64,000 nt of DNA, taken from positions 304,545-368,544 of the forward strand of contig MU057416.1 in assembly GCA_013265495.1 (NCBI GenBank). Reading direction: 5' to 3'. A program made the position numbers and the translations under genes. Under the pieces are notes generated by a model that searched no databases, was not told the origin of the DNA, and saw nothing but the letters and a program-made list of their open reading frames with translations. This DNA is from Vicugna vicugna (taxonomy: Eukaryota). Positions 49,990 through 63,272 of this stretch are shown here, piece by piece. How positions within the stretch are numbered: position 1 is the first letter of the stretch; every line of letters starts with the position of its first letter.

Positions 49990-50879
49990 GCCAAAACATA
50001 GCTCCTAGAGTTTTACAATCTTAATTCTAACACCTTTACCTCCTATTCTAATTGGTCCTAATCTCTTTTATTTTTTGTTTATTAAAAAAAAAGCATTTAA
50101 AAATCTAGGACTTCCCGGTTCCTTTGGATCAGCGTCACCCACTGGTGCCACACGGACTGCCCGTCTCTCCGCTCAGCCCTTCCCTCCCGTCTCCCCGGGA
50201 GCTGCTGGCAAATGCGTTTGATCTCAAAATGTCATAAAATATAAACCTCTGTGCATTTTGCTTTTGCAGAGCAAGGATGCTTCATGAATTTTTTCTTTGT
50301 TATTTTGCCCTGAGAGGAGGAGTCGAAGGCTTGATGTTTCGTAATAAACAAAAACTTTTAACCTAACTCTTAACCCCCTGGATACTTTTCCTTCCTTCCT
50401 TCTCCCTTTTCCCCAACCCCCTCTTCCTTTTCTCTTTCCTCCTCCTCCTCTGCCACGCCTCCCTCCCCCCTCCTTCATCCGAAAATAATACGTCATTTTT
50501 CAATATTTGAAAGGAAGAAGGTAAACATAACCTGGAAACAAAAGAAAGCATGGCCTGCAGAACTCTACTCTGTACCTTAAAGCTGTACTTTCCATGACAC
50601 ATCTTCCCATTAGTGAACTGATACTCCAAAAAAAAAAGTGAGGAAGCACAAGTTCTACTTGATCCACGTGAGAGACACACCACAAGATGCTGTGGGAGAC
50701 GCTTACCCACAGGTGTCAGGAATGTGGACATCTGGGCAGCGGGGTAACTACTAGACAAGCTTGGATTTTGCTCTTCACAACCTTCCCTCTTGCCTTTTAC
50801 CCCCACTCCAGTCTGTCTACACCATTGTGTGGATAGTTGGATTCTTAAAATATAAACCTATTCTAAACATCTAGAAGGA

Positions 50880-51840
50880 TGGGAGACGAGGGGCGGGACG
50901 TCCACGCTAACGGGAAGAACCAAGTTTTCGGAGGACTTGCCTGCCAGCAGCAAAGCCGACTGCGGAGGTCTGAGGCCCTCTCTGAAGCCCGTCTCCTTCC
51001 TCAGGCGTCAGAAGCGGCCTCGGCCACGTCCTCATCTGTGGCAGAGCCGTGACCCTGTTCTTGCCACCACAATTACCAGAAGAATCCACGAGCAAAACAC
51101 CGTGGTGGTTTTTTCTCTGTGACCCTTGACAGGAAGACAGAGGAAGGAGGTTTCCTAGAAGTACGTGGAGCCCTAGGCAGCAGGTCGGTTGGGCTGTTTC
51201 TTTGCTACAAGTTTCACTGAGAACACTTTGCTGCGTCACTGCATTGAGGACAAGGACGATCATGAGCTAAGGGCAGAGAGAATGCACGTTCTTTACTATT
51301 ATTCTAAAGGAACAGTAGCCTAAATTAAAGGTAGGCTTCCGCAGCCAGGTAGGAAGGGAACCGGGGAGCGGACTGTGGGGAGGCAGCTGCGGCCCCTCGG
51401 GCTGGAAGGCCCCGCCGGCGGCGCCCCCTCGCCGGGGCCTCCTCCCTCCGGCCCTGGCACCATAAGGACGCGGCATCAGGCAGAAGCGACCTAAAGGGGC
51501 TGAGGGTAGGGGGTTCGTTTTCCCTGGGGAATTTCCAAAGGACCGTCCCTGCCTGTGCCCAAGCGACTTTTCAGGTGCAGGGCTGAGGACCGGGGCGGGC
51601 CACCCGCCTCAGGGAGGTGGACGGTCCCCACCCACCTGGGCATTTCCCTCAAGGAGGACTCGGCAGAGAGTCTGTCTCTGCGGAAGTCGAGATGCAGCCG
51701 AGAGCCAGAGGGAGCGCTGCCTGCGGCCCCGGGCTGTCTGCGGAGGGTGTGGCCACCAGCTGGGGACACGCGGCCCTGCAGGGCAGCCAGGCCCTGAGCC
51801 ACCACACCGCGGGGAATCGGGGCGGCCACCATTCAAAGCT
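50880..51840. promoter_or_regulatory. CpG-rich region, candidate promoter or enhancer
   Basis: About 1 kb GC/CpG-rich; GC boxes near 50890 and 51592; TTCCTAGAA (51152-51160); GGGAATTTCC (51527-51536). Confidence 0.45.
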
Positions 51841-52268
51841 CTGAAATAACGAACACGTTTTCAGGACAAATGCAGTGAATTCATAATGTACAGGAGGCAG
51901 GGTGCCCGCTGCTGTGCCCTTTCTACGAGTGAAATAATTCAGAGCCTCCGAACGCTGCCAGCCCTGTGTGAGCTTTGTCAGTCAGTTTCTACAACTCATT
52001 TTGGGGATTAAATATAGCACATGCTTCTTTAACTTGATGAATGAAATCTGCTAAACGGATTAGGTTCTCGCTATCACACACAGAACAGGACTAATTACTG
52101 AAGCAGAAGCAAGGCCCGAGATTCCTATTCTGAGTCTTCTGAGAAAGCAGTCCCCTGTCTCTGGTGGGGCTGGGATGGGCACGCTTCCGTGTTACGCTGA
52201 ATCTGCTGCTGCCCTGACGATGAATTATTGGGCTGATCTGAACATTTTCTTTTCAGAAATACCATCAT

Positions 52269-52482
52269 GGATTATAAGATACACACTACCCTATACAAAA
52301 CAGATAAACAACAAGGTCCTACTGTACAGCAGGGGGAACTGTATTCAATAGCTTGGAATACCCTATAATGAAAAAGAATAGCCTATAATAAAAAAGTTTT
52401 ATATCCACATAAAACTGAATGCCTGTGCGGTACACCAGAAAGCAACACAACATTGTAAGTCAATTTTACTTCAATTAAAAAA
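52269..52482 (+). mobile_element. 5'-truncated L1 3' end with TSD
   Basis: L1 3' UTR; TSD agaaataccatcat (52255-52268) and agaaacaccatcat (52483-52496). Confidence 0.92.
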
Positions 52483-53329
52483 AGAAACACCATCATATCT
52501 ACCAAAAATTCCAGAGATGTGCTGAATGTAGGAAATGATTAATAGAAAATTTTGATCCATGAGGTATACAACAAAGAACTGTCTTTAGTGTTACCATGTA
52601 CTCACTTGCTTAAAGATGAATATAAGCCGACACAGAATTTGGATTGAGGTAATCAATAATAATAAATTATTTCCCCCAAAAGGGTGATAGTTTAAAGAGG
52701 TTAAATGATCTGCCTGGTAATGTTTTGGTGGGTTTGTGAGACCAAACAGTATTTTGGAATAAACAAATTCTGTGACAGGAAACAATTTTCATTTCGCTGA
52801 TGGATCCTTTGATAAATGTGGCTATATGTTACGAGTACAGCTTAAGTGCAGAGCATAACATATTGCCTTAAGGGCTCAAGAAATGTTACTGAAATAAATG
52901 AATAGCAAAGAAAAGAATTTTTTTAAATCCACAACACAGAATAGCCCTAAAATGTTTCAGGCTCCTCATGTGACATGCCTTTAAAACAGCAAGACTCTGA
53001 TGCCTCTTTTTATTAATCTCTCAGCATTTTCTCCTGTAAAACCTTCCACGAGCCCCCTTCTGTCCTCAGTTGCCTTCTGGTGTTTGGTTACTGTTGTCAT
53101 CAGGGACACAGACTGGGAAGAAAACTGAGCTTTTTTGATGTTTTGTTTTGTTTTCTGTGTCTTGTACCTGTGAGTCCTTCTGCAGCATGTAATAAATAAC
53201 TTATGCTGAGTACTAGGTACACGTCAGATATTCCGCTCCGTGTCCGAACCCCCAGCATCTCTCAGCACCTCAGCTGAGCAGGCGGCCTCACTGCCGAATC
53301 CGCAGTCCTTGCCAGGGTTTACGTGACTG

Positions 53330-53680
53330 GTTTGAATAGGTCCTCTGCCGCTGGCTCCCACCTCTCTTCCCCTAACTCACTCTGCTCCAGTCACCCGGGC
53401 CTTCCTGCCGTTGACAGAGCATACCAGATACCAATTACCTTGGGGCCTTTGCACATGCTGTTTCTTCTGTCTAGATTACTTGGCCACCAGTTACCCTACA
53501 GCTCATTTTTCTCACTTGATTCGTGTCTCTACTCAAAGATGATCTTCTTAGAGAGGCCTTCCCTCACCATGATACCTAAAATAGCACTCTGGTGACTCTC
53601 CATCCACTTACTCTATTCTATTTTGCTTAATTGCAAATATCACCATAGGACATTACACTAGATATGAGTGCAATGATTTA
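53330..53680 (+). mobile_element. L2 fragment
   Basis: actctgctccagtcacccgggccttcctg; ggggcctttgcacatgctgtttcttctgtctaga; ttcttagagaggccttccctcacca. Confidence 0.75.
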
Positions 53681-55940
53681 ATAAATAGGTCATGGACACC
53701 TGAGAGATACGAGGCACACCTCAGGGCTGTAGAGAACACAGGAGGCAAATGCCGCTTCCCTCATGGAGTTTATCCTTCACTGAGCAAGGGGATTACCACA
53801 CTGCTGGTTATGACGTGTGTGAATAACACATCTATATTTTGGCAACATACGTATATATATATATATGTATTTCTAAAAATAAAATTGCCTTGCTTTACAT
53901 TTTGATTTTTTAGAAGTAAATGAATGTCACCTGTAAGTTTTATCTTCCTTTTCAAGTAGATCTTCATGGTCTCCGAGCAACGACAGTCACAGACCCGCCC
54001 TTATTTTCCCACATCACTCTCCCCCTTTATTTGCCTTTGCGACCATCGTTCATTCATGTTTTTAAAACTAAAGCCTTCTTGTACTCACCTACCCTCATAT
54101 ATTTTGTAGAACATGTGTCTTGCTCGAAACTGCTCAAAGTTTTTAAGACCATCCTGGGTCCCATTTCCAGTGTGCCTTTGTACAATGACTATTGGGAAGT
54201 GACAGGAAAAGTGATATTATAAAGGAAAGACCACGCCACGAACTTTAAAACTGACTCTGGAGAAATACCTTCTGGGAATCAGAATATAGCTCTTCCCAAC
54301 GTAGATGATGTTACCAGTGGAAAGTGAAAACGGCGGACTATTTTTGCAAAACCGATGCCTGAGAGACAGCTATTCCAACTTTGTATGGAAAAAAATATGC
54401 AATTAGTTAATCCATCATAAGAGAAACCAATTTTATTAATTTAAATGAGGAAAATGAGGACTAGTTACCATTCTCCTTGGAAATGAAATGATGTTATACT
54501 AGTATTTCAGAATGTGTGAATGTTTAAAGTACGTACATATTAAAACTACAAACACAGGTATGTTTCTATTTTTCTCTAGTGAACTCTATTTTGCTGAAAA
54601 TATTTTCGTGTTATTAGCAACCATCTTTTACCAACAAAATATTTTTTCATTTCCTTTATTTTAGCTTTTAGCCCTGTTCTATTTTATGCTAATAGAAGTG
54701 AAATGTGGAGGAAGTGAAATCAATTGGCTAAGGGTCAAGTTTACTTAATAATTCGTGCTCCAGGAACGGAGGACCACGTGGGAGTGGATGAGAGCTTGCT
54801 GGAGCACAGGCTTTACTGTGGGATGAGCTTCCAGGGGTCTCTAGGTGGAAAGGAAGCCCCCGCAGCGGGAGAGGTGATGGCAAACACATTTGTAATAAAA
54901 GGATGTAAGAGCCAGTCTCTTGGTAGAAACCTAGGCGGTTTTGGGTCTGGATTTTTTTAAAAGCACCTAATTCATACATTGGTATTTTAATATTTACAGT
55001 ACATTTCTCCTCTTTCTTTTGGGGAAGACACTGCACCAAACAGGGCAAAGATACCTGGATGAAGTGACTGGCGTGGGAAGTGTGCAGGCCACACAAGGTG
55101 ACAGCTCAGTTGACTACTTTTGTCCCTGTTCATCTGCAGCTGAATGTGTGGAAGCCACAGCCCAGCCCTTTGACGCAGACCGGATTAATCCAAAGGACAA
55201 CGACAGTTCTTTTAGGGGATTCCTCCTCATGGGCTGACGCCCAAGTGACCTTCTCAGTCACTAAAATTCAAAGTTGGCTAAATCACAGTTGTGTCTAGTG
55301 ACAAGTGCCCAGGTTTTTCACGGACAGATGATGCGCGAGCCGGCGGTCACCGGGGAGCGCCGTCATCCGGGGTGGCTCACAGAGAAGAGCTCAGGTGGCG
55401 ACCTCGCGAGGAGCCCGGATTGGAAGGCCCTCTGCTGCGTCAGGCCAGGACTAGCAGGGCTCATGCCTCGGCTTAAAAATGCTTCTAATACTGCAGCAGC
55501 ATCAGCGTGCTCTAGCCTTAGACTGAAGCAAATTCCTTGCAGTCGCTGGTCTCAAGTGTAATGAGATTAAGGCCCAGATGGAGAGCCACCCTCAAACTCA
55601 ACAAATCTAAAATGTGACACTCACCCTCTTGATAAAAAATGTATGACAGAGGGCAGCTTTCATAATTTACCTATTAAAAAAACACATAACTTCCATGTAG
55701 GTAGTTCAGACTTTTCCTTTTGGGGGGAAATATGGTAACTTAAGTTCAACTAAAGCCAATGGCAGTCAGGGGCTGCGTAGGTTACGGGGAAAAGTATGAA
55801 AAACTGAACCAGGAGACCTGAGTTTTTGTTGTATCACCACCTATCAGCTATGAAATCCTAATCAAATGCCTTAACCTTTCAGAACATCCAGGTCCCCGCC
55901 CATGCCCAGTCGACTTCGCGGTGTCGGGTGAGGTGTCGGC

Positions 55941-55954
55941 CAGCTAGGGGGCAG
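55941..55954 (+). promoter_or_regulatory. CTCF-like motif
   Basis: CAGCTAGGGGGCAG versus core CCRSYAGRKGGCRS (one mismatch). Confidence 0.45.
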
Positions 55955-56123
55955 CAGGAGTTGTCACCTGTAAGTGGGTTTTGGTCCCAGGAGGACACGA
56001 GTTTGAACTTTGACTTTGCTGCTTTCTAATCTAAGGACCTTGAACATGGACCCTCTCGATCTCAGTCTCCTCTTCTGTAAAATGGATATGAAAAGGACTG
56101 AGACAGACTGACTGCTCATCTGT

Positions 56124-56197
56124 CTACCCACCTACCCACCTACCCACCTACCTAACCTACCCACCTACCCACCTACCTAACCTACCCACCTACCCAC
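56124..56197. repeat. (CCTACCCA)n-type simple repeat next to a MIR remnant
   Basis: ctacccacctacccacctacccacctacctaacctacccacc... Confidence 0.9.
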
Positions 56198-56624
56198 TGA
56201 TTTATGTGCCGAGTGATCATCGCACCGTGAGTGCAGGTAACTATTAACAAAGTATCGTGAAGATTGTACTGCACACAAATGTCACCCATTATTAGTGGAA
56301 GTAGCTTAAGAAAAATTGCATTTCTAAACTGTGAGACTTCAAGGTGTTAACTTTATACCTACAGTTAAAATTCTCAAGAAAGTTGGTGGCCTTGAAGTTA
56401 CAGCGTAGCAACTCGGCTATGGTATCAATACCTAATTTTTATGTCTAGAAGAGATGAGTGCATCCAACTAACAGAAAAGTACTGTAAAAGAAAAAAACAC
56501 AAAAGCGCATGTTCTCTGTCCTTCTCTGTCTATCGGGGGACAGGATTCTAGGGGTTTCTTTAACACCCAGAGGAGTAGCTGCCAGGATGCTGGCTTACGG
56601 GGGTTCTTACACATCTTCACACCT

Positions 56625-57132
56625 GAAGAGAATTGAAAGCAGGACTGAGACGGTTGCAGACCCTCATTCAAAGCAGCTTTTCTGACAATGACCAAAAGGT
56701 GGAAGCAACCTATTGCCGATCAACAGACGGGGATTATCAAAATATGGTCTGTGTATACAAAGGAATGCTCTTCAGCCTTAAAGAGGGAGGAAGTTCTGCT
56801 GTATCATGGATACATCTTGAAGGCATTATTCTAAGTGAAATAAGCCCATCACAAGAGGACAGATACTATATGATCCCACTTTCTCGAGGTCCCTAGGGTA
56901 GTCAGATTCATCGAGACAGAAGGTAGAAAGGGTGGTTGCCAGAGGCTGGGGGGTGGGGGAAATGGGAGTTTTTGTTTAATGGGTGTAAAGTTTCAGTTTA
57001 GGAACATGGAAACAAGTTCTGGAGATGGATGGTGGTGACGATTGTACAGCAATGTGAACGTATGTGAAATCACTGAACTGCGCACTTAAAAATGGTTGAA
57101 AGTGTATGTTATGCACATTTTACACCATAAAA
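56625..57132 (+). mobile_element. Older eutherian L1 3' end (L1MB-like)
   Basis: tcttgaaggcattattctaagtgaaataagcccatcacaagaggacagatactatatgatcccac...gttctggagatggatggtggtgacg...cacttaaaaatggtt. Confidence 0.88.
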
Positions 57133-60100
57133 CACCTTCCTATCTGACCATTTTCTGTATGTTTTCTGCCTCCTTATATTTAAAATTGTAATCACAATCT
57201 TCAGTTTTGAGTGTGTATATTCAGTATCTCCAAAAATAACTTGAATAGATTGAACAGGGTGTGGAAAGGGGAATCTAATTGGTCAACTTTGCTTCAGCTG
57301 AATCCTCTAATTTTAACCCTTACAGCCTAAGTTTAAAATAAATACACTTATTGTATGTCATGCTCAGAGAAAATAATATTTTAGCCGTCATTCTCTCATG
57401 GATGCTTGCTCCTGACTTTCATTTAACACATGTCTATAATATACTGCACATCATGTCATATATAAGAGAGATGATAATCCTAAAAACAAACAAACAAAAG
57501 TCTGAAGGGGTTGTTGCAGAAAAAAGGAAGGAAAAAAGTCCATAAATTGGTTTAAATGAATTAAGTTAAAATAATATCAACCAAAGGATGCTGCTTGTCC
57601 TGCTTAATTAGGCCAACTCATAAACCCGGTTTAAAAGACAATCATCTCAACTTTTCTAGCAAAAGAGAAAAATGAGGACCAGTCCGGCAGGGAAGGAAGT
57701 TTAAGTAAGACAGACTGACAGAGTAGAATGCGGTGTCTCATCCGATGACGTGGTGTTTTGACTGCTTGGCTACAGAAGGGCTGTAATTTAAATGCCATAA
57801 AAGACACGTAAGCTTTGCATGGAGACAGGAGTACTGTAAAATCGGGGGGTCCACAGTCATAATGCAGACAAAATTGCTCCTTTGATCTTGCAGTCCTAAG
57901 TCTGTTGTCCAGAAGGGAAATGTCTTTGTGTTTCTGTCTTAAGCTAAGACAGATTTCATTTTCTATCGAAGTCATTCTGTTAACACCACATAAAAGGTAA
58001 CATGTATTTTATCAGCAGAGCTTAGTTTTCTTCCATTGTTATTTTAGGTTACTTTATGATTATGTAGTGCTCCCAAAAATGTACCCAAAATACACACATC
58101 TGGGCTTAAAGTGACAAAATTCTAACCTCAAATGTCTTCATCGGGGCCCTTGAGCAGCGTTTGTAGCCGAGGCATTAAGAACACTGTAATTTTCTTCTCT
58201 TTTATGCGTTTTTCTTCTTAAAGAATAAGGACATATCTTGCTTGTAAGACTCAGCAGAACATAAACACACATGTTCAACTTTCGAGCAATGTTAGCAGCT
58301 ACTAATCTAATAAAATATGTGCTACAATCATTTGCAAAACATAGAGACTTCTCTCCTGAGCAAGTCTCTAAATTATTGAAAACCTTATGAAATGTTTAAC
58401 AATGTTTTGGCTTTAAATTCTAATTTTAAATGTATATATTATAGTTTAAGGGGAGTATATGATGTGGAAAAGTTTTGTAACAGATTTATGATGTTTTAAT
58501 CTTTGAAAACTAGACAAAAGGAATCAATCACTGTGATTTTCACTTAATCCTGATGGCTCATTGTATAGGACCTGATTAAATTAATGTCAAAAATATATAT
58601 CGTTTTTGGACCACAGTATGCCAGTGATAATTTCCAGAACCTAGTAAACTTTAGAGCTTAAGCATTTATATTTTGACTCTTTCATATTAAAAAGTGGGAA
58701 ATAACCTTTTCAAAAAATAGATGCTGAGCTAAAAATAGTTTTGCCAAGATTGAATCAAATATTATCAATATAATTTGTATCTATCTCTCTAGCCTCATTA
58801 CACTTAAGAACTACTTCCAGTTCCTCCTCTAGGTGAAATTTTGGGGATGATTGAAAGCAGTGTGCTTAATGGCCAAAAATAACATTTTTATTTCATCAAA
58901 TTTATGCTGTCAGGTGGGAAAATCTTCGTAATAAACTCCAAAGTCAAGTTTGAAAAGCTTACAGGCAAAAGATCTTATGCATAAATAGTGTTTATTTTTT
59001 TCTGCCTTGATACATATCATTCTATCATGGCACAATAAAATTCTAAAAGTCAATTTTCTGATTAAGAATTCTTTGGAAAATTAGAAGTTATTTAAAAAGT
59101 GAAAGGAAAAATTCAAAAAGCGTAATCAGCACTATTTCTGGCACAAATCGTGCTCAGAGTGAAATGACTCAAACACATTGGGCATTTCTGCAAAGCAGCC
59201 GTCAACGAGCAGACAGGCAGAATCAGAATCAGAAGCCCCGCCTGCAGCTCAGCTCTCCCTTAATGCTGTTCTTACAAATACTGGAGAGAGAGGTTTGTAC
59301 TCAGCAGAAACGGGGGTCCCTTTTGCTGCCTGTCCCACAGCGGGGACTAGCGGGTTTCAGCAGAGAAGTCCCTCCCGGCGTTTCGGTGACCCACGCGTGG
59401 CCCTTTACGCGGAAGGGCTGCAGCGTGACCTCTCTGGGCGCAGCGTCCCAGGCACCCGGCTTTGCCCCTCCCGCAGAGCTCCCGCCACACGGGCCGGGGG
59501 GAGAAGTCCCCACCCGCGGAACAGCGGCCCGAGCCTGTGTCGTGCAGCTGGAGTCCCTGACAAGAAAAAGCACACCGCTGGCATTTTACCCAAAGCTCTG
59601 CCTGACCTAAATGGTGTGCAGAATCTCCATCACATAAAAAGAATTCTGCTTTATTGATTCTGAAAATAATCTGCCTACGAATGTGCAGGAACAACTCAAG
59701 ACTGTTACGGAACGTCCTATTACTCAGCGCCCCTGATGGAAAGTGAATTACGGTTAAGATAACAAGAAAGGTAAGTGGCATGGATGGGAACAAAAAAGAA
59801 TCTTCGAGAATACATTGGATATTTTGTATCTGATTTTGAAAAGTTTTTTTTTTTAATTCATATCGACATCTTGCTGGAAGTAAATATTATTTTTATGGTT
59901 ATTTAAGTACCAGGTGTATATCAGAGTATTGAAATACTAGGAGAGGGCACATATCTCCTGGTCATCACAGGAACCACTGGATAAAGCGAACAAAATGCTT
60001 AGGCACACATAGAATCAGTATCGCAGAGAAAATGCTTTAAACACAGTAGAAAAACTTTCTAACTAGAAGGGGTATTAGAGATTACAGCCACTAAAATGGA

Positions 60101-63100
60101 CGCAGAAATAATTATTTAGAAGCAACTCTTAAATTGTGTGTGTGTGTGTGAGAGAGAATTGATTTAGTCACTATGAGTGCACAATTCCACAAGAAATAAC
60201 TAAGCAAGGAGAAAAATTTATTGGAGATTGAGGCCAATAAAAATGTGCAATGGGAAATATTGTTATGTTTCCGAGGAAATGCAAGAAAGAGAAAAAGCAT
60301 TATAAAATGTGTAAACTAAATGCAAATCATCTGTCTTCGTATTTTTACAGAGTTCTGCTCTGAATCAGAGCAAAATTCCATCTGCTCTGCAGCAGACCAG
60401 TTGGTTTCAAGGAGATCATGGCTAATAATTTTGATTAATAAGGTGATTGCAGGGTGTTCCTAAAATCCATTTCATTCTTAATTTGATGGATCAAAAGCAC
60501 TAATGCTCCTACCATGAAGGCAACAATTATTTGTAGCCATTTCAAAGATAAATTCACAGGAAATCCATCCAATATTTAGCCCCTTTGATTCTTTTTGAAG
60601 AATAAAAGCATTCTGAATAAACAGTATATAGGTTCTATCAGCTCGAAAACACAGAATCATTTCAGACATTTAGTGAAGCCAAAATACCATTGAGTTTGCC
60701 CAACACTCAATAACGTTGCTCTCCATATGGAGACCTCTTGATTTTTAACAAACTGATGAGTATCGTAAAGTCTCTGTTAATGGAGACATCATGGGAGCAA
60801 ATGGCACAAAGATCCCCACGATACTATGACGATCAATGTCTAGCTTCTGTTAATCCACCTTCTTCCAACTATTTAGTTTCCTACTTGAGAAAATGATGGC
60901 AGAGGCGAGTCATCAAATAGACCATGGAGAGCACCGCAATACCAGCAAAATCCCTAGGAGGTCTCTGACAAAGCGCTCTGCATCTAACGTGGCTACATGT
61001 GGCCTGATCACAGCGACCAGTGACGTATTACTAAGAGGAAGACGAGATCCGATCCCTGTAGGCGGTTCAGATTGTGACCGTCACACTTTCGTGCATGGCC
61101 CCAAATCTGGCTGGTACAAAAGAGTGCGTCCTCCAGTATCCAAGCTTCTTGAGCTGCCAGAAAATACCAGAACGATCGGGGCTCTTTGGAACGGGCAGTT
61201 AGCTTCCCACTGCAGGACAGGGATCACAGCTGCGCCCGGAGCGGTGGGCTCCCAGATGGCAAGGCTGTGTGGAGAGTGAGGTAATTGCAGGAAGGAAGGC
61301 TACAATTTTGTTGTCGCAGATCACCATCCCCGTGGAAAACCATGGCTAGGACATTAGCGTCAGCGCTTTGGAGACGCACAGTATGAACAGGAGGCCTCTG
61401 CGCTCAAGTATGGAGGTTGGTTCATTTGCTTCTGTGGAAAAGGATGGGCCAGAATTGTGCAAATGTGTGGGAAACAAAGAGAGGGTGCACCCTCAAAGCA
61501 AGGTTGTTGCGTTATAAAACATCTGCCATGCCTGCAGGCCTTCTCTGCTAAAGCAGGTCTTAGATGGCCAAGAACCGAATACCAAGATTTAACCATGAAA
61601 CAGTGTTCTGGAGCCATGGCTTGCCCACTGCATTAAGAAAAATAAAATCTATGGACACAGATTAATTCATCAGCACGTCTATGTCCAGCTGCTTTTGGTT
61701 ATCTGTGCCAGAGCGAGGGCAAGTGGGTGATGGTTTTTCAGTGTTCAACCAAGAATAGCTCCCTTCTCAGTTTCCCCTGCTGTGTGGTCAATAAGTTATC
61801 AAAAACTCCACAAACTTCTTTCAAAGCTGGAATCGAGGTGCCATATTTCTATCTGGGAATTGTAAAGACGACATTACGTGGGCATATTCCACTGTCAACA
61901 TCTGTGTGGACTGGTTTCATTTGTTCACAGACTATTGAGATCGATTGAAAACTTTCAATTTAACAATTTCCTGGTTCTCTAAGGTTCTTGATTACGTATA
62001 TGCTGAACGGAGAACGTTTGTTTCATATTGTTTGTCCACGAACAGAACAGTCAATGTCTTAGTTCTCCAACAAACATGGCAGGTTGAGACAGCATCTAAA
62101 AAGTGCTCAGTTCTGGGTTCATTCCACCAGTCCTGAAGATAAGGGGCTTCTCATTTCCCTGACCTCGGAAAAACTATCCTAGAACACCAAGATTTTCATG
62201 GTGTTTGTGGAGCAGCTGCCAACCACTGCTGGCTCCCATGGCTCTAAGACCAGTCAGCCAGACGGCCGCAGACCACACGTGTGATTCTTCAGCTGGGTCC
62301 CCCCCCCGTTCAGCAGGACTTCGGAGTTCGGACGAGACCTTGATGCCTTGTCTCGTTAAACCTGCTCCAGTAAATCTGACTAAGGGAACCTGACTGCACA
62401 GCTCCAGGAGCCTTACTCGCATCAGCATCTGTATCCACAGTGCCTCCTGGAGTTGTTCCTATGCAGCAGCCTCTGTGGCCGCAGGTGACAGCTCTGCACA
62501 CCTCTGAAAATACCTTTTGGAATTCTGAATTGTTTATTCAATAAATTAGATGCCTGCAGCTTAACGATGTCCTAAATGTAATAGGACCTTGCCAAGGTTT
62601 AAATGAAAGATTGAATTAGCAGGGCCTTCAGTGGATACAAGCCAGACCATATAGAGGGACAAGAGCCATCGCACACATTGTGGGGGCCCGGCAAGAGCGG
62701 AGAGTAATAAATTATTTTCTGGCAAGTGGAGAAAGAATGGTGAAGGGAAAATACAAACAGAATTCGGATAGCGAAGTGTTTGCTGGTGTAGGAAAATTAA
62801 CTTTTACTTTGTAGGAAGCATTTTCTTTTTTAAGTTTTTAGCTCACTTAAACCCCTGGTTGGGAGTAATCCATCAGTTTTGTTTTTCTTTTAAGGCCTCC
62901 TGTCTTTCAGTGGGACACAAAGGCTCTGTTATTAAGACCATTCAGTCTCATAAGTCATTCTTTCCAGCAACAAAGCGGATTTGGTCTATTGCAAATGAGT
63001 GAACCCGAATTTATACAACTCCTATATGTCTTTATATTTATACGGCCTCGGCCATTTTCAATAAAGAAAAAAGTGAGACTACGAAGCTGACTCTGAAGCT

Positions 63101-63114
63101 GAGCCTGTCTCTAG

Positions 63115-63272
63115 GGCAGGGGCCTCTCTGGTTCTGGGTCACCTGAGAATCTGTTAGAAATGCAGGTTCTCAGGCCTCACCTACTCAGCAGAAACTGGGC
63201 AAGGAGCCCAGCAATTATATTTCAACAAGCCTTCCGAGGAGCCCGATACAGCGAAAATTTGGGAGGCTTTGA
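63115..63272. mobile_element. MER5A-like hAT-Charlie element
   Basis: tcacctgagaatctgttagaaatgcaggttctcaggcctcacc...gagcccagcaattatatttcaacaagccttcc. Confidence 0.8.

Noticed and set aside
59164..59793. Overlapping 148-159 aa ORFs on both strands
   Set aside because: The GC-rich patch is depleted of stop codons; no recognisable domain or exon structure.
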